From positions 1 through 64,000 of IMG/VR virus record IMGVR_UViG_3300050343_000150: a stretch of DNA of 64,000 nucleotides. The stretch is one strand, 5' to 3'. A program made the translations under genes and the position numbers. The stretch is from a virus. Positions 19,502 through 32,997 of this stretch are shown here, in pieces; the first letter of the stretch is position 1, and each line of letters begins with the position of its first letter. The notes beneath the pieces are model-generated. The model had not been told where the DNA came from. It made no database searches and saw only the letters and a list, made by a program, of their open reading frames with translations.

Positions 19502-22500
19502 TTATGGCTAAGACAAATGGTACAATTACATATCCTTTAAAGTCGGGAGTTTTAACTTCAGATGCCAATGAAGCATATGGTAGTTTAACAACTGAATTTA
19601 CAACAAATAAAGCGTTCAAGGATGTTTCTATAAATCCTGTTCTGAAAACTACATATTTAGAATCAGAACATACAGGCACTGGTTCGGCTACTTCTGACGT
19701 AGTACCTTCTGTAATATTCACTGAAATTAGAAAAGCCCCACATGCAGGTAGTGTTTCTAATGATAACACTAGTAGTATAGGAAATAGAATATTACCAACA
19801 AATACCACAATAACTAGTTATTCTACTAATAAAGAAATTACTCCTTCATTCAAAATTAGAGTTTATGATAGTAAAATTTCTGATTCCGAAACAAATAGAA
19901 AGTTTGTTTATTCTACTGATGACTCCCCTGCGTCTGATACTCTTGGAATTGATATTGATAACTATGATTATTTTATTATGATTAATCCTGAAATTTATGA
20001 TTCTACTACTAGGCAAGATTCTGTTAGACCACATTTTGCTAAAATTACTACAATAACTACTTTTGACACGTTTGGAGACGGATTAGAATTTACTCCAAAA
20101 TATACTGGAACTATCCCTAAAGATACTAATTTTGAAATATACAAAGGACCACATAAAATAAATGATAGTGATATTGTTGCAGTTAGTTATGGGTTAAGAG
20201 GGGATAATTTGGCATCAACAAATAATTATGATGCAATTAATATTGTCGCTACTCCAACATTTTATTTCTATAATGAAAGATTAGAACAAGAAAACCAACT
20301 AGATTATATGGAAAAATATACTCTAACTAGACTAAGATGGTTTTCTACATTAACTAACATAACTATTACTGATACAGATGCACATGCTAAACATCAAGAA
20401 GGTAGTGGTACTGTAAGATTCGAAGTTGCTAATTCTGCTCACACAAATATGTTATGTGAAGGAATGTCTATATTTAATAGTAGTAATATTTTCTTAGGTA
20501 ACATAAAAGATATTACTGGTAACTTTTTCCAATTAGATTTTGCTAGGGTTGTAATAACTGGAAGTACCAGCAATAATCAAGTCTATAAAATTGGTAAAGG
20601 AATACAAAATATAGTTTTTAGAACAGAGTCTAACCTAAAAGGAACATTTACTAATTTAGGAAAAGGTAACTTAGATATCACATTAGTTGATAATTTAAGA
20701 AATGCTGACGATATAGACAGTAATTTTAATCCTTTATTTTGGCACACTGCATTTACTAATATGAAAAGACATGAGTTAGATAGTACGACTCCTACTGCAA
20801 ACGATGCGAATAATTTTGATGGAAAGATGAATGGTCCTTCAAGATATATTACTTCTGACCCTCGACCATTAGTTGGGATATTGTTCCTTTTGTTGGCGAC
20901 AGGATAATAAATAGTCCAAAAAACAGAATAAGTCAAATAGCCAAGGTGGATATAGGCAATCAATCCGGTATGGTATTGAAAAAATACACAAATGGTCAAA
21001 AAATGGTAGTTTCTAATTCTGTTTTTAATGATAATACACGTAAGAAAATACTACCATTTACTGCATCTAAAGTGTCCGGTAGTAACACTATTAGACTAAA
21101 CGATTTAGATAGTGCATATGATTATAAATTATCAGGTAAAATTACTACAAATACAATGCTAATAATAGATAATAGATTTTATGTTGTTGATGCAGTAAAT
21201 AATAAAAGTGGAACACATCAAGATATTACGGTTAAGGCAAGTAAAATTATCTTTCCTCCTGTTAATACATTTACCGTTGCAGGGACAGTTCATGAGTTTA
21301 CAAATGAGTCTGTTTACATATTATCTTGGTCAGGAGTATTGAATACAGAAAAATTTGATTCAGATACTCAAGTACATTATTCTGATAATAATAGGCTAAC
21401 TATTTCCGGTGCAACTATACAGAAGGAGGAGAGTAAATTCTACGACACAAGAGTTGTTTATGCAAATTTACCTTCACATTTGAATAAAGTAGATTACATA
21501 GATAAAGACATGGGCTATGTTAAGTTTCAAGATGCTGATAGAAAATTTTACCAAGACAATACTATTAGTCGATTTTATTATTATGATGGAGCATTTTCTT
21601 TACAAGAAGAAATATTTAATGGGACAATTGAAAAAAGTGACAGCCTACAAACACAACAACCCACTGCTAGATTAGAAGGTAGAGATACTGCTTCAGCATT
21701 GTTAAATTCGACTGTAAATAAAAATTTATCTTATTCTGAAGATATAATTCATAGTACCATTAATCCAGTAATTCCATATTCTTTAACTGAAAGTCTAACT
21801 AATGTATCTGTTAGTGGTAAGGTGATAACTCATAGTTCCGGAGATGGGTTTACGCCGACTAAATATACATTATTATTTACTAGAACTAGTGGAATTTTTA
21901 TTGGTGAAGTTGCTTCGGCTACATCTACTGCAATAACATTAACCCATCGTCCGTTAATTAATATGAGTACTACTACTAACATCTACTACTATGACCCGTT
22001 TATAGAACCAACTTATGTTTCCGGAACAAAGGCCATCGGTAGTAATCCAGTACTAACAACAAGAACAACTGATTTTTCAAGTATTAGTGATAAAGGATTA
22101 ATATTTCAAGATAGTTTTTCCTTCGATAGAAATTTGAATAGAACTAGACTAGAAGGAACATCTAATTCAGGTTCATATTTATCTAATCGAACATTGGGGT
22201 ATGATGTTGCTAAACCAATTAGCATTAACACATTGAGTAGTGATGTTAGTTCTGATGATTCTACTTTTGCAATACAACTATCAAATGAGTTAGGAGCATC
22301 AACCACAGCAAAAAATTTCATGTCGTTTTCTTCTGAAAGATTTGATGTAGTTGAAATAATTGAAAAAGATAATGGTGAAACTACTTTGAAAATTGCTCCT
22401 ATTGTACCAATAGTTATGGGTAGAATAGAAAATAACACACTGGATACTAGGTCCAACTTTTCATTATATTTAATAAATAATAATCTTAATAGTGGAGGTT

Positions 22501-25500
22501 TTATTCATAGAATAGACTCTCAAGTAGATACTGGTAATTTAGATTCTATTAGTTCAGATGACCTATGGACTCCTAGAGAAACATTCCGATATTGGGACTT
22601 ACAGAAATTCAATGCGGGTACTCTAACTAGAAAAGGAGATGATATGTATGGCAAAACTCCTAGTTTACTGAAAGGATATAGTATTGCTTATCCAATTAAA
22701 GGAAACGGAGATGCTTCATCGGCAACTGTTTCAACTACTACTAAACCTCTTTTGGGTAGTAATTTAGTCATAGATGAAAATTATACTTTACTTAATGCAA
22801 TTAATAGTCCTTGGAGAAACTTAACTTGGGACGGAACTTCAACACCCATAGTACCACCATTTGAATTAGCACATAGTGGTGGGACGGCTGGCGCGGTGGT
22901 TACTAATAAAACAGTTTATAATGCTAAAAAAATACTAAATTATGATGGTAAAGCACAAAATTATGAATTGTTATCTACTGGAGATTTGTTTCCATATTCT
23001 AAATTACGATATAATAACATCGGCAGTCAACCACTAAATTATAATGACTTATCTTGTGTGTTAGAAAGTGAAAGTGCGACTTCATCAACTATTACATCTC
23101 ATTCCGAATATATAGGAAGTAGTAGTATGTCTGAGACTAAAGATAGTAATTATGAACGAATGTCAATTAAGTCTGCTAATAAGACTACTAATGAAATAAA
23201 AAGATTCGGAATTGCTAGATTAGTAGAGGCTACGTTTGATTGGCACTTTAATCCAGTAGATTCTGATAAGTTACAAACTGCTGAAAATATAGAAAATGAT
23301 TTAGTTGGATATCAAATGAGTAGAGCAAGAGCAAATTATAATGAACTAAAATTGACGCGAAGTGGGGGTTTAAATCATGCTCTTTCCGGATATAGCGGTA
23401 GTATATCTTTTGATACAGGAGACTGTATATTTGAGGCTAGTACTGGTAAAATGTTGTTGATGGTGAAGAGTGCGTTTACTTACAGTAGTGGAAGTACCAT
23501 AACTAGTTCAAAATATTTTCACGTTAATTACACTACCTCGGAGTGGAGTAGTGGTGCTAAAAATGTATATGTGGTACATGAATATACTGACTTATCTCAT
23601 AGACTAAAGACGTTTACTAACGGGTTTCAAGACCCAATCAATTCTACTGATTTAAGAAAAGACCTGTCTAGTGTATTTTTAATTAGACCTAATTATGTTT
23701 CTGAAGATGATAAATTTAAATATGCTTTACTAGAAAATGGAGACTCAGAAAATTTTAATCCACCCAATATGTTCATTCCATTTGTATTCCAAGCAGGGGA
23801 AAACGTCACTAGTACTCCTGATATGGAAGATTTTAATCAAAGTCCCTTTCACCCTGATGATGAGTGGAATTCTCTGTTAAACAACCATGCGTATAGACAT
23901 AGTTCTAGAGTTATCGCTGCTTTGCTACAAAACAGACATAGTACTGCTTCTTTAACTCATATAGATAAATTCGGATTAGATGAATATTCTCATCTATATG
24001 AAAACTGTATTGCGGTATTTAGAAACATTAGACAACTCAGTAGTGTAGGACCGGATGTTTCGAATATACAACAAACAAGTGCTATACTTGGTAGTCGTCA
24101 AGAACATGCAGCATACGTTGATTATGCTGATAGTGGACTTACGGCAGGAAGGCGTGACCAGCATACAGTAAACACAATGGTTTGGAGAAATTCTGCTACT
24201 AGTAGTATAGGGTATGCTATTTCAGGCTCACACACTAGAAGTGGGCAGACAAATCCCAATAACCAAACTTTTGCAGACGGCGGTACTCGTTATTTCTTAG
24301 AATCTAAAGAAGGAAGTAAACTTAGTACTACTAGACATTTATATCATACTGAACCATCTGAAAATGATGGGGGTGGATTATACAAAGCACAGATGTTGGT
24401 TAAACCAGTATTGAATATGACAGATGCTAATATTACAAATGGTACGACTGTAACGATAACAGTTGATATAAATGACGCTGATTCTGCTCACACATGGTTA
24501 AATTTTGTTCCGGATTTAACAGGATATTATTTAGTTTCAGAATCTAGTATACATTCTAAATCAGTGACCTCATTAGGAGTAAATGATGTTACCCCAAATG
24601 ACGCAACTAATCTTAGTTCTTATAATACTATAAATACAACTTTTATCGCTAAAATACTTTCGCACACTAGTAATCAAACGACAAATGATGACTTAGCCTT
24701 TGTACATACTATTGTATTAGACAAAGCCCCTACAACTTACAGTAGTCCTAGATTTAGATTAATGAGATTTGCAGAAACAACATTTAGAGATACACCCAAC
24801 GAAATAATAATCAATAGGTTATTTGATACTGGATTAGATTATTCGACCAAAACCTCACATTTTATGACAGGAGAAAATGAACTACAAAGACTTGCAGGTA
24901 TTACTGACTATATGCAAGAAGGAGTGTTTAGTATGTATGTTTTAGTTAACACTGATTCTGCTCCTAATACTAATAATGAAACACATCAAATGGTTATTTC
25001 CGAAAATTATGTTCAGGCATTTAATAGACTACCATATAATGATGGTGACACTTTCGAATGTTATGTTACTGATGGTAATAACTCTGAACAAAAGAATATG
25101 ATGGTTAGTTATGGAAGCCCAAGTTCACTATTAGGAATACGTAGAGGGGAGTTAAGATTAATTTATGACGGAGTACTAAATGGTGATGGGTTAGTTTCTT
25201 TTGGTGAAACTGTAAATCTTGATTTGGCTAGGAAGCCTTTATTGAGTAATATAACTAAGTGTCATATAGGTTCTAGTATTATTGTTGGAGATGAGATAGA
25301 AATAGAAATGGAGAGGGTAATTAAAAATTCAAACTTAGAAACTAATATTATTCAAAGTCAATCAGAATTTACTGGGAACATTGTTAGTTCAGTATCTAAT
25401 AATGTGATTACTTGTAAAGCAACAGTTCAAAATATCTTAGACGGCGATATACTCTATACACATGAAGGACATCCGATAGGGAAGGTTTCAGGAGTATCAG

Positions 25501-26408
25501 GGACTACAATAACTATTGAAAACGTCCACGATGATACTGATATCGATTTGTGGTATGTTCCTTCAGTAAATGACGAACTAATAAAACGAGATAAAAAAAC
25601 TTTCATTGCCACAAATAATTTTACCCAAGTTCCTGCGTTTGATGCTTTGAATTCATTAGCATCTAAAAAAGGGTTAGATTTTACAATTAAAGGTAAAAAA
25701 GTAATATTTAGAAACGTTAATGATACAAGCCTATTGCGAAAACAGACGATTTCTTATAAAAGCCATAAAATAATAAGTATAGAAAAGTCTACTTCTATGT
25801 TTGCGAAAGCAGATATTGTTACTGTTATTGGAGATAGAATACAAGCAACTGCAAATAGTGGAGTAAGAATAGAAGATGTTCCTAAACAAATAACTGTTGT
25901 TGACCCAACTATTAGAAATATTTCTGATGCTAAAATTAAGGCTGGAGAAGTTTTACAATTACATCAATCGGATGCTGAAATGATAACTTTACGTATTTTA
26001 AGAGAAGGATTAGAAACCTTAGAAGCAGGAGATGTAGTTTATTTAGACTTTCCTAGACAAAACATTAAGCCAAATGACTACATGATATTTGAGATTGAAA
26101 ACGTACTTTCACCTATTTTAACTATGACAGTAGGTACATTTAACAAAACTATTGCTGAACGTTTGTCTGAAATAAATACCCAACTTAGAACATCTAATGC
26201 TACAACATATTCAGTAAATAGCGAAATAGTTGGAGGGGGCATTTATCTACAAGATTCTATATCGTTAAAGACTACCTTAGTAGAGTACACGATAACTGGT
26301 ACGGGGGAGACATCTAATTTAGGTTTCGACGACGTATTTGGTTTTACAGAAGAAGTAGGGTTTGAAACAGGGACAGTAGTAATAAGTTCGTATAGTAGTG
26401 AGGATTAA
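19498..26408 (+). CDS. Very large tail tip/baseplate hub-like protein (probably one gene broken near 20870-20950)
   Basis: ORFs 19498-20907 and 20946-26408; IFNGTIEK...LEGRD and C-terminal LEAGDVVYLDFP...YMIFEI...MTVG typical of Tal/hub proteins. Confidence 0.6.
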
Positions 26409-26410
26409 AA

Positions 26411-26770
26411 ATGACAGTAGTAAATGAAGGATTAAATGCAATTGCAACTTTACTTGCATCGGAATATACAGTGATAGCAATTGGTGATGGTCGAGATAGT
26501 ACGTCTGCTTCACATACAGGACTAAATAATTGGATAGCACAAAAAACAGGAATAACTCCTACTGTTACTGGTACAACATTGACATATAATGTTAGTTTTA
26601 CAGGAAGTGAAATACCTGCTTCCGGTGTGGCAGAACTTGGTGTTTTTGCTACTGGAACAACAAATGGAAACGGCACTTTATTGAGCCGAGTTACCTTCAC
26701 GTCTACTGGTGTTGTCGGGGCAAGCGATACTGTTGCGTTTACAATTAGAATAGAGGTGGGTAGAGAATGA
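26411..26770 (+). CDS. Small tail/baseplate structural protein
   Basis: VVNEGLN...IAIGDG...ELGVF...LLSRVTF pattern seen in fibre-anchoring proteins. Confidence 0.6.
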   Translation: MTVVNEGLNAIATLLASEYTVIAIGDGRDSTSASHTGLNNWIAQKTGITPTVTGTTLTYNVSFTGSEIPASGVAELGVFATGTTNGNGTLLSRVTFTSTGVVGASDTVAFTIRIEVGRE

Positions 26771-29700
26771 GTTCAAATCCGGGTATAATTTCAACACTTA
26801 GTAGTAACCCAACGGGTGTACAATTAGTAGATGGTACAGACAATATACACTCAGGTATTATCAAGGCTTTACATGCTGCTACTGGTGAAAATCGAGCAAT
26901 AAGTGGGTTTAATTTAACACAGACTACATCTAGTGGTCGAACTGCCTTTCAAGTTGCAGCAGGTATAGTACTTAGGAATGGTAAAGTTATTTCTGTTACT
27001 GGTGGTCTTTTATCAACTACAACAGCCCAAATTTCTGCTAATAGTGTAGATTGGTATGGTGTTATTGTTGTGGCATCTGATAACTCCTTAGCGTGGAGAT
27101 TTGGTGCAGTAACAGGAAAAGCAAATGCATCTACGTCAACTGTTGCAGAATTAGCAACTGGTGATATTCCAGTTATTGTTGTAAAAATAGATTCTGCTGA
27201 AGCAAATAACTCAACTTCTAGATTACATCAATATGTAGGATATACTCAAACAGATAGAGAATTTTCTGCAATAGATAATAATGTAGAAAGGTTGAGAATA
27301 AACAAGGGAGGCACATTAACACATATTCCTAGTTCTACTGCATATACACTAACACTTCCTTCTTCGACTGGTACATTAGCATTAACTAGTCAAGTAACTA
27401 ACATTGGCACTAGTGCAATATCAAATGATGCTATTACTGCTGCTAAATTAGCAGATAATGCAGTTCTTACTACTAATATTCTTAATGCTAATGTAACCAC
27501 TACTAAATTAGCAGACGATAGTGTTACGTATTCAAAGATTCAAAATCTCTCAACAGGTAATAGAGTATTAGGAGCGACTAGTGCTGGATTGATTGGAGAG
27601 GTTCAAGTTGCTACGGATATGATATCGGACGGGGCTATTACTTCTGATAAAATAAATAACGGTACTATTGCTACTACTGATATCGCTAATGATGCAATAA
27701 CATACGCCAAGATACAGAATGTCTCTGCTACAAACAGGATACTTGGTAGAGACTCTTCAGGAGCAGGAATTGTTGAAGAAATTACCCCAACTAATTTGTT
27801 AACTATGTTAGGTGTAGAAGCCAGTGCAGACGTAACAGACACGACGAATGTTAGGGCTGCTCTACATAATGCAAATTTAGGAACTTTTAGTCTTGGTGAT
27901 ACGAATGATAACATTAGTGTTGGCAATTTAACTATTGGTGGGAATCTAACAATTTCAGGAAGTACAACCACAGTTAACTCAACTACTGTTAACATAGGAG
28001 ATAGTATAATTACTCTTAACTCAGATGAAACTGGGACTCCTTCAGAAGATGCTGGTATAGAAATAGAGAGAGGAAATCAAACTAACAAGACGTTATTTTG
28101 GGATGAGAGTGCTAGTAGATGGACAGTTGGGAATGAGACTTTTGTTGCAGGAACTTTTATTGGAAATGTAACTGGCACAGTATCTTCCGCAGGTGTATTA
28201 TCTACCGCTAGAAATTTTGCACTCACAGGTGATGTAACAGCATCTGCTGTTTCCTTTAATGGGTCAGGTGATGTTTCACTTTCAACTTCACTTTCAGATG
28301 GTACAATTACAACTTCCAAAATAGCCAACAATGCTGTCACTGCTGCTAAATTAACTGGCAATTCTGTTGTCAATGCTTCAATCGCAACTAATGCAGTTAC
28401 CACTGCTAAAATAGCAGATGATGCTATTACTACGGCTAAAATAGCAGATGATGCTATTACCTCTGCCTTGATTGCTGATGATGCTATTGTGTCTGCACTA
28501 ATAGCAGATGATACAATAACTAGTGCTTTAATAGCAGATGATGCTGTTTTAAATTCACATTTAGCAGGAAGTATTTCTCAAAGTAAAATTACAGGATTAA
28601 CTTCTGCGCTGTCGGGTAAACAATCAACCTTAGCATTTGGTAATGCTTTAACTAACACTAGTGGAACTGTTAATGTTGATATCGATTCTCTAAGCATTGA
28701 GACTGGTATTGACTTGAGTAACGATTATCTGATGTATGATGATGCGACAAATGGACTACGAAGAATTAATTTATCTACAATATTTAGTAAATTAAACGCA
28801 TCCCATATACCTAATTTATCTGCTAGTAAGACAACTAGTGGTGTATTTAACATAAGTAGAATACCGGATATGTCTACTAGTAAAATAACTAGTGGAACAT
28901 TTTCAACAGCAAGAATCGCAAACGATGCAGTTACTTTTGATAAAATACAAAATATAGGAGATACTGTAATATTAGGTAGACAGACTAGTGGTTCAGGAAG
29001 TATAGAAGCGTTGAATGCTTCACAGGCTAGAGCAGTATTAGGGGTAGATACAGCAGGAACAGATAATTCTACCAACGTTACTTTAGCAGGAACTAGAAAC
29101 TATCTTACAATTAGTGGGCAAACAATTACTAGAAACGTTATAGATATCGGGGATGATACTAATTTAGTTGCCGGTAGTCGCATTAGTTTAACCGGAGATA
29201 CATTAAATGTAGATGGAGATTTGGCTAATTATGATAACAGTAACAGTGGATTCTTAACTGCCCATCCCACTATTAGTGGGGCAGCATCTTCTGTTAATAA
29301 TGACGGTAGGACATATATACAAGATATTACATTAGATTCTAATGGACACATTACCGCAATAACATCTGCTACTGAAACAGTAACAGATACTCAATATAGT
29401 GTGGGGGATGGAGGTCTTACCGAAAATAATTTTACTGATACATTGAAAACTAAATTAGATTCAGTAGATAGTAATTCTAATTATTATACTCTACCCATTG
29501 CTACTTCTTCTGCATTGGGTGGTTTTAAGGTAGGTAGTAATTTATCAATTAATTCTATCACCGGAGTTTTATCTGCCGATACCCAATCTGACGTTAATTT
29601 TACTTCTGCACTAAATACTAAATTATCAGGAATAGCAACTAACGCTACTGTTGGTGCAAATTGGGCAACTAACGTTTCAAATATCTCAGTAACGAATAGC

Positions 29701-32700
29701 CAATTAGCAGGTAGTATAACAAATGCAAAGTTGGCTAATTCAACAATTACACTGAATGGTAGTTCTATTGCCCTTGGTGGAACTGCTACTTTAACCACCT
29801 CAAATATAGCAGAAGATTCAAACTTATATTTTACTGATGAACGAGTAGATGATAGGGTTAATGCTTTACTAACTGAAGGAGAAGGAATCACTACTACATA
29901 CAATGATGGTGGGGGAGCATTAACAATTTCAGCAGAAGACGCTACTTCTTCTAACAAGGGTATTGCTTCTTTTGCAAGTGCTGACTTTGATGTTAGTAGT
30001 GGAGCAGTTACCGTAAAATCAGGAGGAATAAGTAATACTCAACTTGCTGGCTCTATCGCTAATAGTAAGTTATTAGATATTGCCCAAAGTAAAGTAACTG
30101 GATTAACTTCTACATTAAATACTAAAGTAGAAACTCTTAGTGATTTGAGTATAACTGCTTCTGCCGCAGAGATAAATATACTAGATGGAGTAACGGGAGT
30201 ATCTGCAACCGAAATAGGACACCTCGGTGGTGTTACTTCTGCAATTCAAACACAACTAAATGCAAAACAGGCTAGTGGTAATTATTTAACTACATCAGCA
30301 TCACTAACTTCTTTAGCAGATGTTAATGAATTTGACCATGATTTTAGTAGTATAAGTGCTAACCATGATTCAGTACCATCAACTAAAGCCGTCAAAACAT
30401 ATGTTGATTTGATATCATTTGATGCAAATGATACACAATATGCTTTCTCTGTTGAAGACACCGCCGATGTAGGTACTAAGAAATTAAAACTGACAGGAAC
30501 AGATGGCTCATTTACTTCGGTAAATTTTGAGGGGTCAGGAGCAATATCTGTCACAAGAATCAATGAAAGATTATTAATTACATCTAACCAACAAGCAGTT
30601 AATGCTGCAAATTTTGCAAATAATACATTAACCTTGACGAAAACTGATGGAAGTACATTGACTACCACAATTAATACTACGTCAACTGCTTCTGAAGTAC
30701 GTGCATTAGTAGAGTCAGCATTAGATTCAAATGTATTTACTGATGCAGACCATACTAAATTAAATGGTATTTCTACTAGTGCAAATAACTATTCAATTTC
30801 ATCAGATTTACTAGACGAAGATAATATGGTTTCTAATTCAGCAACTAAAGTTGCTAGTCAACAGTCAATAAAGGCTTATGTTGATACAGAAGTGGCGGGG
30901 GTCATTGCTTCTGCTCCTGCGGCATTAGACACACTTAATGAGTTAGCAGCCGCCTTAGGAGATGATGCTAATTATGCTACAACAACTTCAACTGCATTAG
31001 GTAACAGATTACGAGTTGATGTTAACAGTCAAGGACTTAATGCTACACAACAAGCAAATGCTATAACAAATTTAGGCATTACACCTAGTTTAGCAGAAAT
31101 AAATATTCTCGATGGAGGATTGTCTGCAAGTGATATACCAAATTTAGCCGCATCTAAAGTTACAAGTGGTACGTTTGCAACAGTAAGGATACCGTCACTT
31201 TCTGCTTCAAAGATTACTAGTGGTACGTTTGCAACTGCGAGAATTGCAGATGATGCGATTACAGTTGATAAGATAAATGGTCTTACCGATTTAGGTAGTG
31301 GGACAGTTATTAGTTCATCAGAACGGACTAAACTATCCGGAATTGAAACGTCAGCAGATGTAACGGATGCAACTAATGTTGCGGCGGCAGGGGCTGTAAT
31401 GGATGGAGACTTTAGTAGTAATGGATTCATGAAAAGAACAGGCGCAGGAAGTTACACTGTTGACACTAATACATATCTAACTGCTCATCCTAATATTTCA
31501 GCCGCTAGTAGTAGTAACAATTCAGGAAGAACATACATTCAAGATATAACATTAGATTCTAACGGTCATGTAACAGGCATTGCAACTGCAACAGAAACAG
31601 TAACTAACAGTGATACTCAGTTAACCCAAGAACAAGTAGAAGACTATGTGAATGGATTGATTGTTGCAGGTACAAATGTAACTAAAACATATGACGATGT
31701 AGCAGGGACTTTAACCATTGCTTCCACTGGAAAAACACAAGAAGAAATTGAAGATATTGTATCAAGTTTAGTTGTTGCAGGAAGTAATATCACAAAAACA
31801 TATGATGACTCAGCAGGAACTTTAACTATTTCCTCGACAGATACTAATACTCAATTAACTCTTTTAGATGAAGATAATATGGCTACTAATAGTGCCACAG
31901 CAGCAGCATCACAACAATCTATCAAAGCCTACGTAGACACTGAAGTAGCAAGTTTAGTAGATTCTGCTCCGGCTACCTTGAATACATTAAACGAATTAGC
32001 AGCCTCTATTGGTGATGACGCTAACTTTTCTACTACAATTACAACTGCGTTGGGTAATAGAGTTAGAACAGATACTGCTAGTCAAGGGTTAAACTCCACT
32101 CAAAAATCAAATGCTAGAACTAATATTGGTGTTGATGTTGCCGGGACAGATAACTCTACCAATGTAACTTTGGCTTCTGTTAGTAATAATTATTTAAGTA
32201 TTTCAGGACAGGCTATTACTGCTGGAACTATACCTTTGACTCTAGGAGGTACAGGAGCAACATCTGCTTCTGCTGCTAGAAGTAATTTAGGGTTGGGGAC
32301 AGCAGCAGTCTTAGCAGGTAATGGTGCAATCGCTAATGGTAATGCAGGTTTAGTTACAGGAGATGTGGTTTTTGATTATATAACATCACAAGGGTTTGGT
32401 TCGGGTAACGGAGACATTACTAGTGTAGTAGCAGGAACTGGACTTAGTGGAGGTGCAACAAGTGGAGATGCAACACTAAATGTAGATGCTGCTCAAACAC
32501 AAATAACTAGTGTTGGTACTCTAAGTAATTTAACAGTTTCAGGAGATGTTACTGTTGATAGTACGACGTTTAAGATAGATACTACAAACAACCGTGTCGG
32601 TATCGGAACATCAAGTCCCGGCTACAAATTACAAGTAGAAGGTTCATTTGCTGCGCAAACTAAGTCTTTCGTTATCCCACATCCTACACAAGAAGGAAAG

Positions 32701-32997
32701 ACATTACAACATGGTTCTCTTGAAGGGCCGGAACATGGGGTATATCATAGAGGTAGAATAACTGGTAGTGATAACATGGGAGTGTCAATAGAACTCCCTG
32801 AGTATTGGGAAGAATTAGTTGATGAAGAAACAATTACAGTACAATTAACTGCAAATGGTGAGTTTCAAATGTTATATGTAGAAAAGATAGAAGACAACCG
32901 CGTGTTCGTAGGCAATGCAGCAGACGAGGGCGTTGACTGTTTTTACATAATACATGGTGAAAGAAAGGACGTTGGAAAGATGGAGGTTGAATACTAA
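26767..32997 (+). CDS. Long tail fibre protein 1 (2076 aa)
   Basis: ADDAITTAKI repeats, APAALDTLNELAAALGDD modules, RVGIGT; C-terminal KSFVIPHP..LQHGSLEGPE..IELPEYW domain common in marine phage fibres. Confidence 0.85.
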   Translation: MSSNPGIISTLSSNPTGVQLVDGTDNIHSGIIKALHAATGENRAISGFNLTQTTSSGRTAFQVAAGIVLRNGKVISVTGGLLSTTTAQISANSVDWYGVIVVASDNSLAWRFGAVTGKANASTSTVAELATGDIPVIVVKIDSAEANNSTSRLHQYVGYTQTDREFSAIDNNVERLRINKGGTLTHIPSSTAYTLTLPSSTGTLALTSQVTNIGTSAISNDAITAAKLADNAVLTTNILNANVTTTKLADDSVTYSKIQNLSTGNRVLGATSAGLIGEVQVATDMISDGAITSDKINNGTIATTDIANDAITYAKIQNVSATNRILGRDSSGAGIVEEITPTNLLTMLGVEASADVTDTTNVRAALHNANLGTFSLGDTNDNISVGNLTIGGNLTISGSTTTVNSTTVNIGDSIITLNSDETGTPSEDAGIEIERGNQTNKTLFWDESASRWTVGNETFVAGTFIGNVTGTVSSAGVLSTARNFALTGDVTASAVSFNGSGDVSLSTSLSDGTITTSKIANNAVTAAKLTGNSVVNASIATNAVTTAKIADDAITTAKIADDAITSALIADDAIVSALIADDTITSALIADDAVLNSHLAGSISQSKITGLTSALSGKQSTLAFGNALTNTSGTVNVDIDSLSIETGIDLSNDYLMYDDATNGLRRINLSTIFSKLNASHIPNLSASKTTSGVFNISRIPDMSTSKITSGTFSTARIANDAVTFDKIQNIGDTVILGRQTSGSGSIEALNASQARAVLGVDTAGTDNSTNVTLAGTRNYLTISGQTITRNVIDIGDDTNLVAGSRISLTGDTLNVDGDLANYDNSNSGFLTAHPTISGAASSVNNDGRTYIQDITLDSNGHITAITSATETVTDTQYSVGDGGLTENNFTDTLKTKLDSVDSNSNYYTLPIATSSALGGFKVGSNLSINSITGVLSADTQSDVNFTSALNTKLSGIATNATVGANWATNVSNISVTNSQLAGSITNAKLANSTITLNGSSIALGGTATLTTSNIAEDSNLYFTDERVDDRVNALLTEGEGITTTYNDGGGALTISAEDATSSNKGIASFASADFDVSSGAVTVKSGGISNTQLAGSIANSKLLDIAQSKVTGLTSTLNTKVETLSDLSITASAAEINILDGVTGVSATEIGHLGGVTSAIQTQLNAKQASGNYLTTSASLTSLADVNEFDHDFSSISANHDSVPSTKAVKTYVDLISFDANDTQYAFSVEDTADVGTKKLKLTGTDGSFTSVNFEGSGAISVTRINERLLITSNQQAVNAANFANNTLTLTKTDGSTLTTTINTTSTASEVRALVESALDSNVFTDADHTKLNGISTSANNYSISSDLLDEDNMVSNSATKVASQQSIKAYVDTEVAGVIASAPAALDTLNELAAALGDDANYATTTSTALGNRLRVDVNSQGLNATQQANAITNLGITPSLAEINILDGGLSASDIPNLAASKVTSGTFATVRIPSLSASKITSGTFATARIADDAITVDKINGLTDLGSGTVISSSERTKLSGIETSADVTDATNVAAAGAVMDGDFSSNGFMKRTGAGSYTVDTNTYLTAHPNISAASSSNNSGRTYIQDITLDSNGHVTGIATATETVTNSDTQLTQEQVEDYVNGLIVAGTNVTKTYDDVAGTLTIASTGKTQEEIEDIVSSLVVAGSNITKTYDDSAGTLTISSTDTNTQLTLLDEDNMATNSATAAASQQSIKAYVDTEVASLVDSAPATLNTLNELAASIGDDANFSTTITTALGNRVRTDTASQGLNSTQKSNARTNIGVDVAGTDNSTNVTLASVSNNYLSISGQAITAGTIPLTLGGTGATSASAARSNLGLGTAAVLAGNGAIANGNAGLVTGDVVFDYITSQGFGSGNGDITSVVAGTGLSGGATSGDATLNVDAAQTQITSVGTLSNLTVSGDVTVDSTTFKIDTTNNRVGIGTSSPGYKLQVEGSFAAQTKSFVIPHPTQEGKTLQHGSLEGPEHGVYHRGRITGSDNMGVSIELPEYWEELVDEETITVQLTANGEFQMLYVEKIEDNRVFVGNAADEGVDCFYIIHGERKDVGKMEVEY
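28411..28560 (+). repeat. Five tandem 30-nt coding repeats (IADDAITTAK-like)
   Basis: atagcagatgatgctattac and variants at 28411, 28441, 28471, 28501, 28531. Confidence 0.85.
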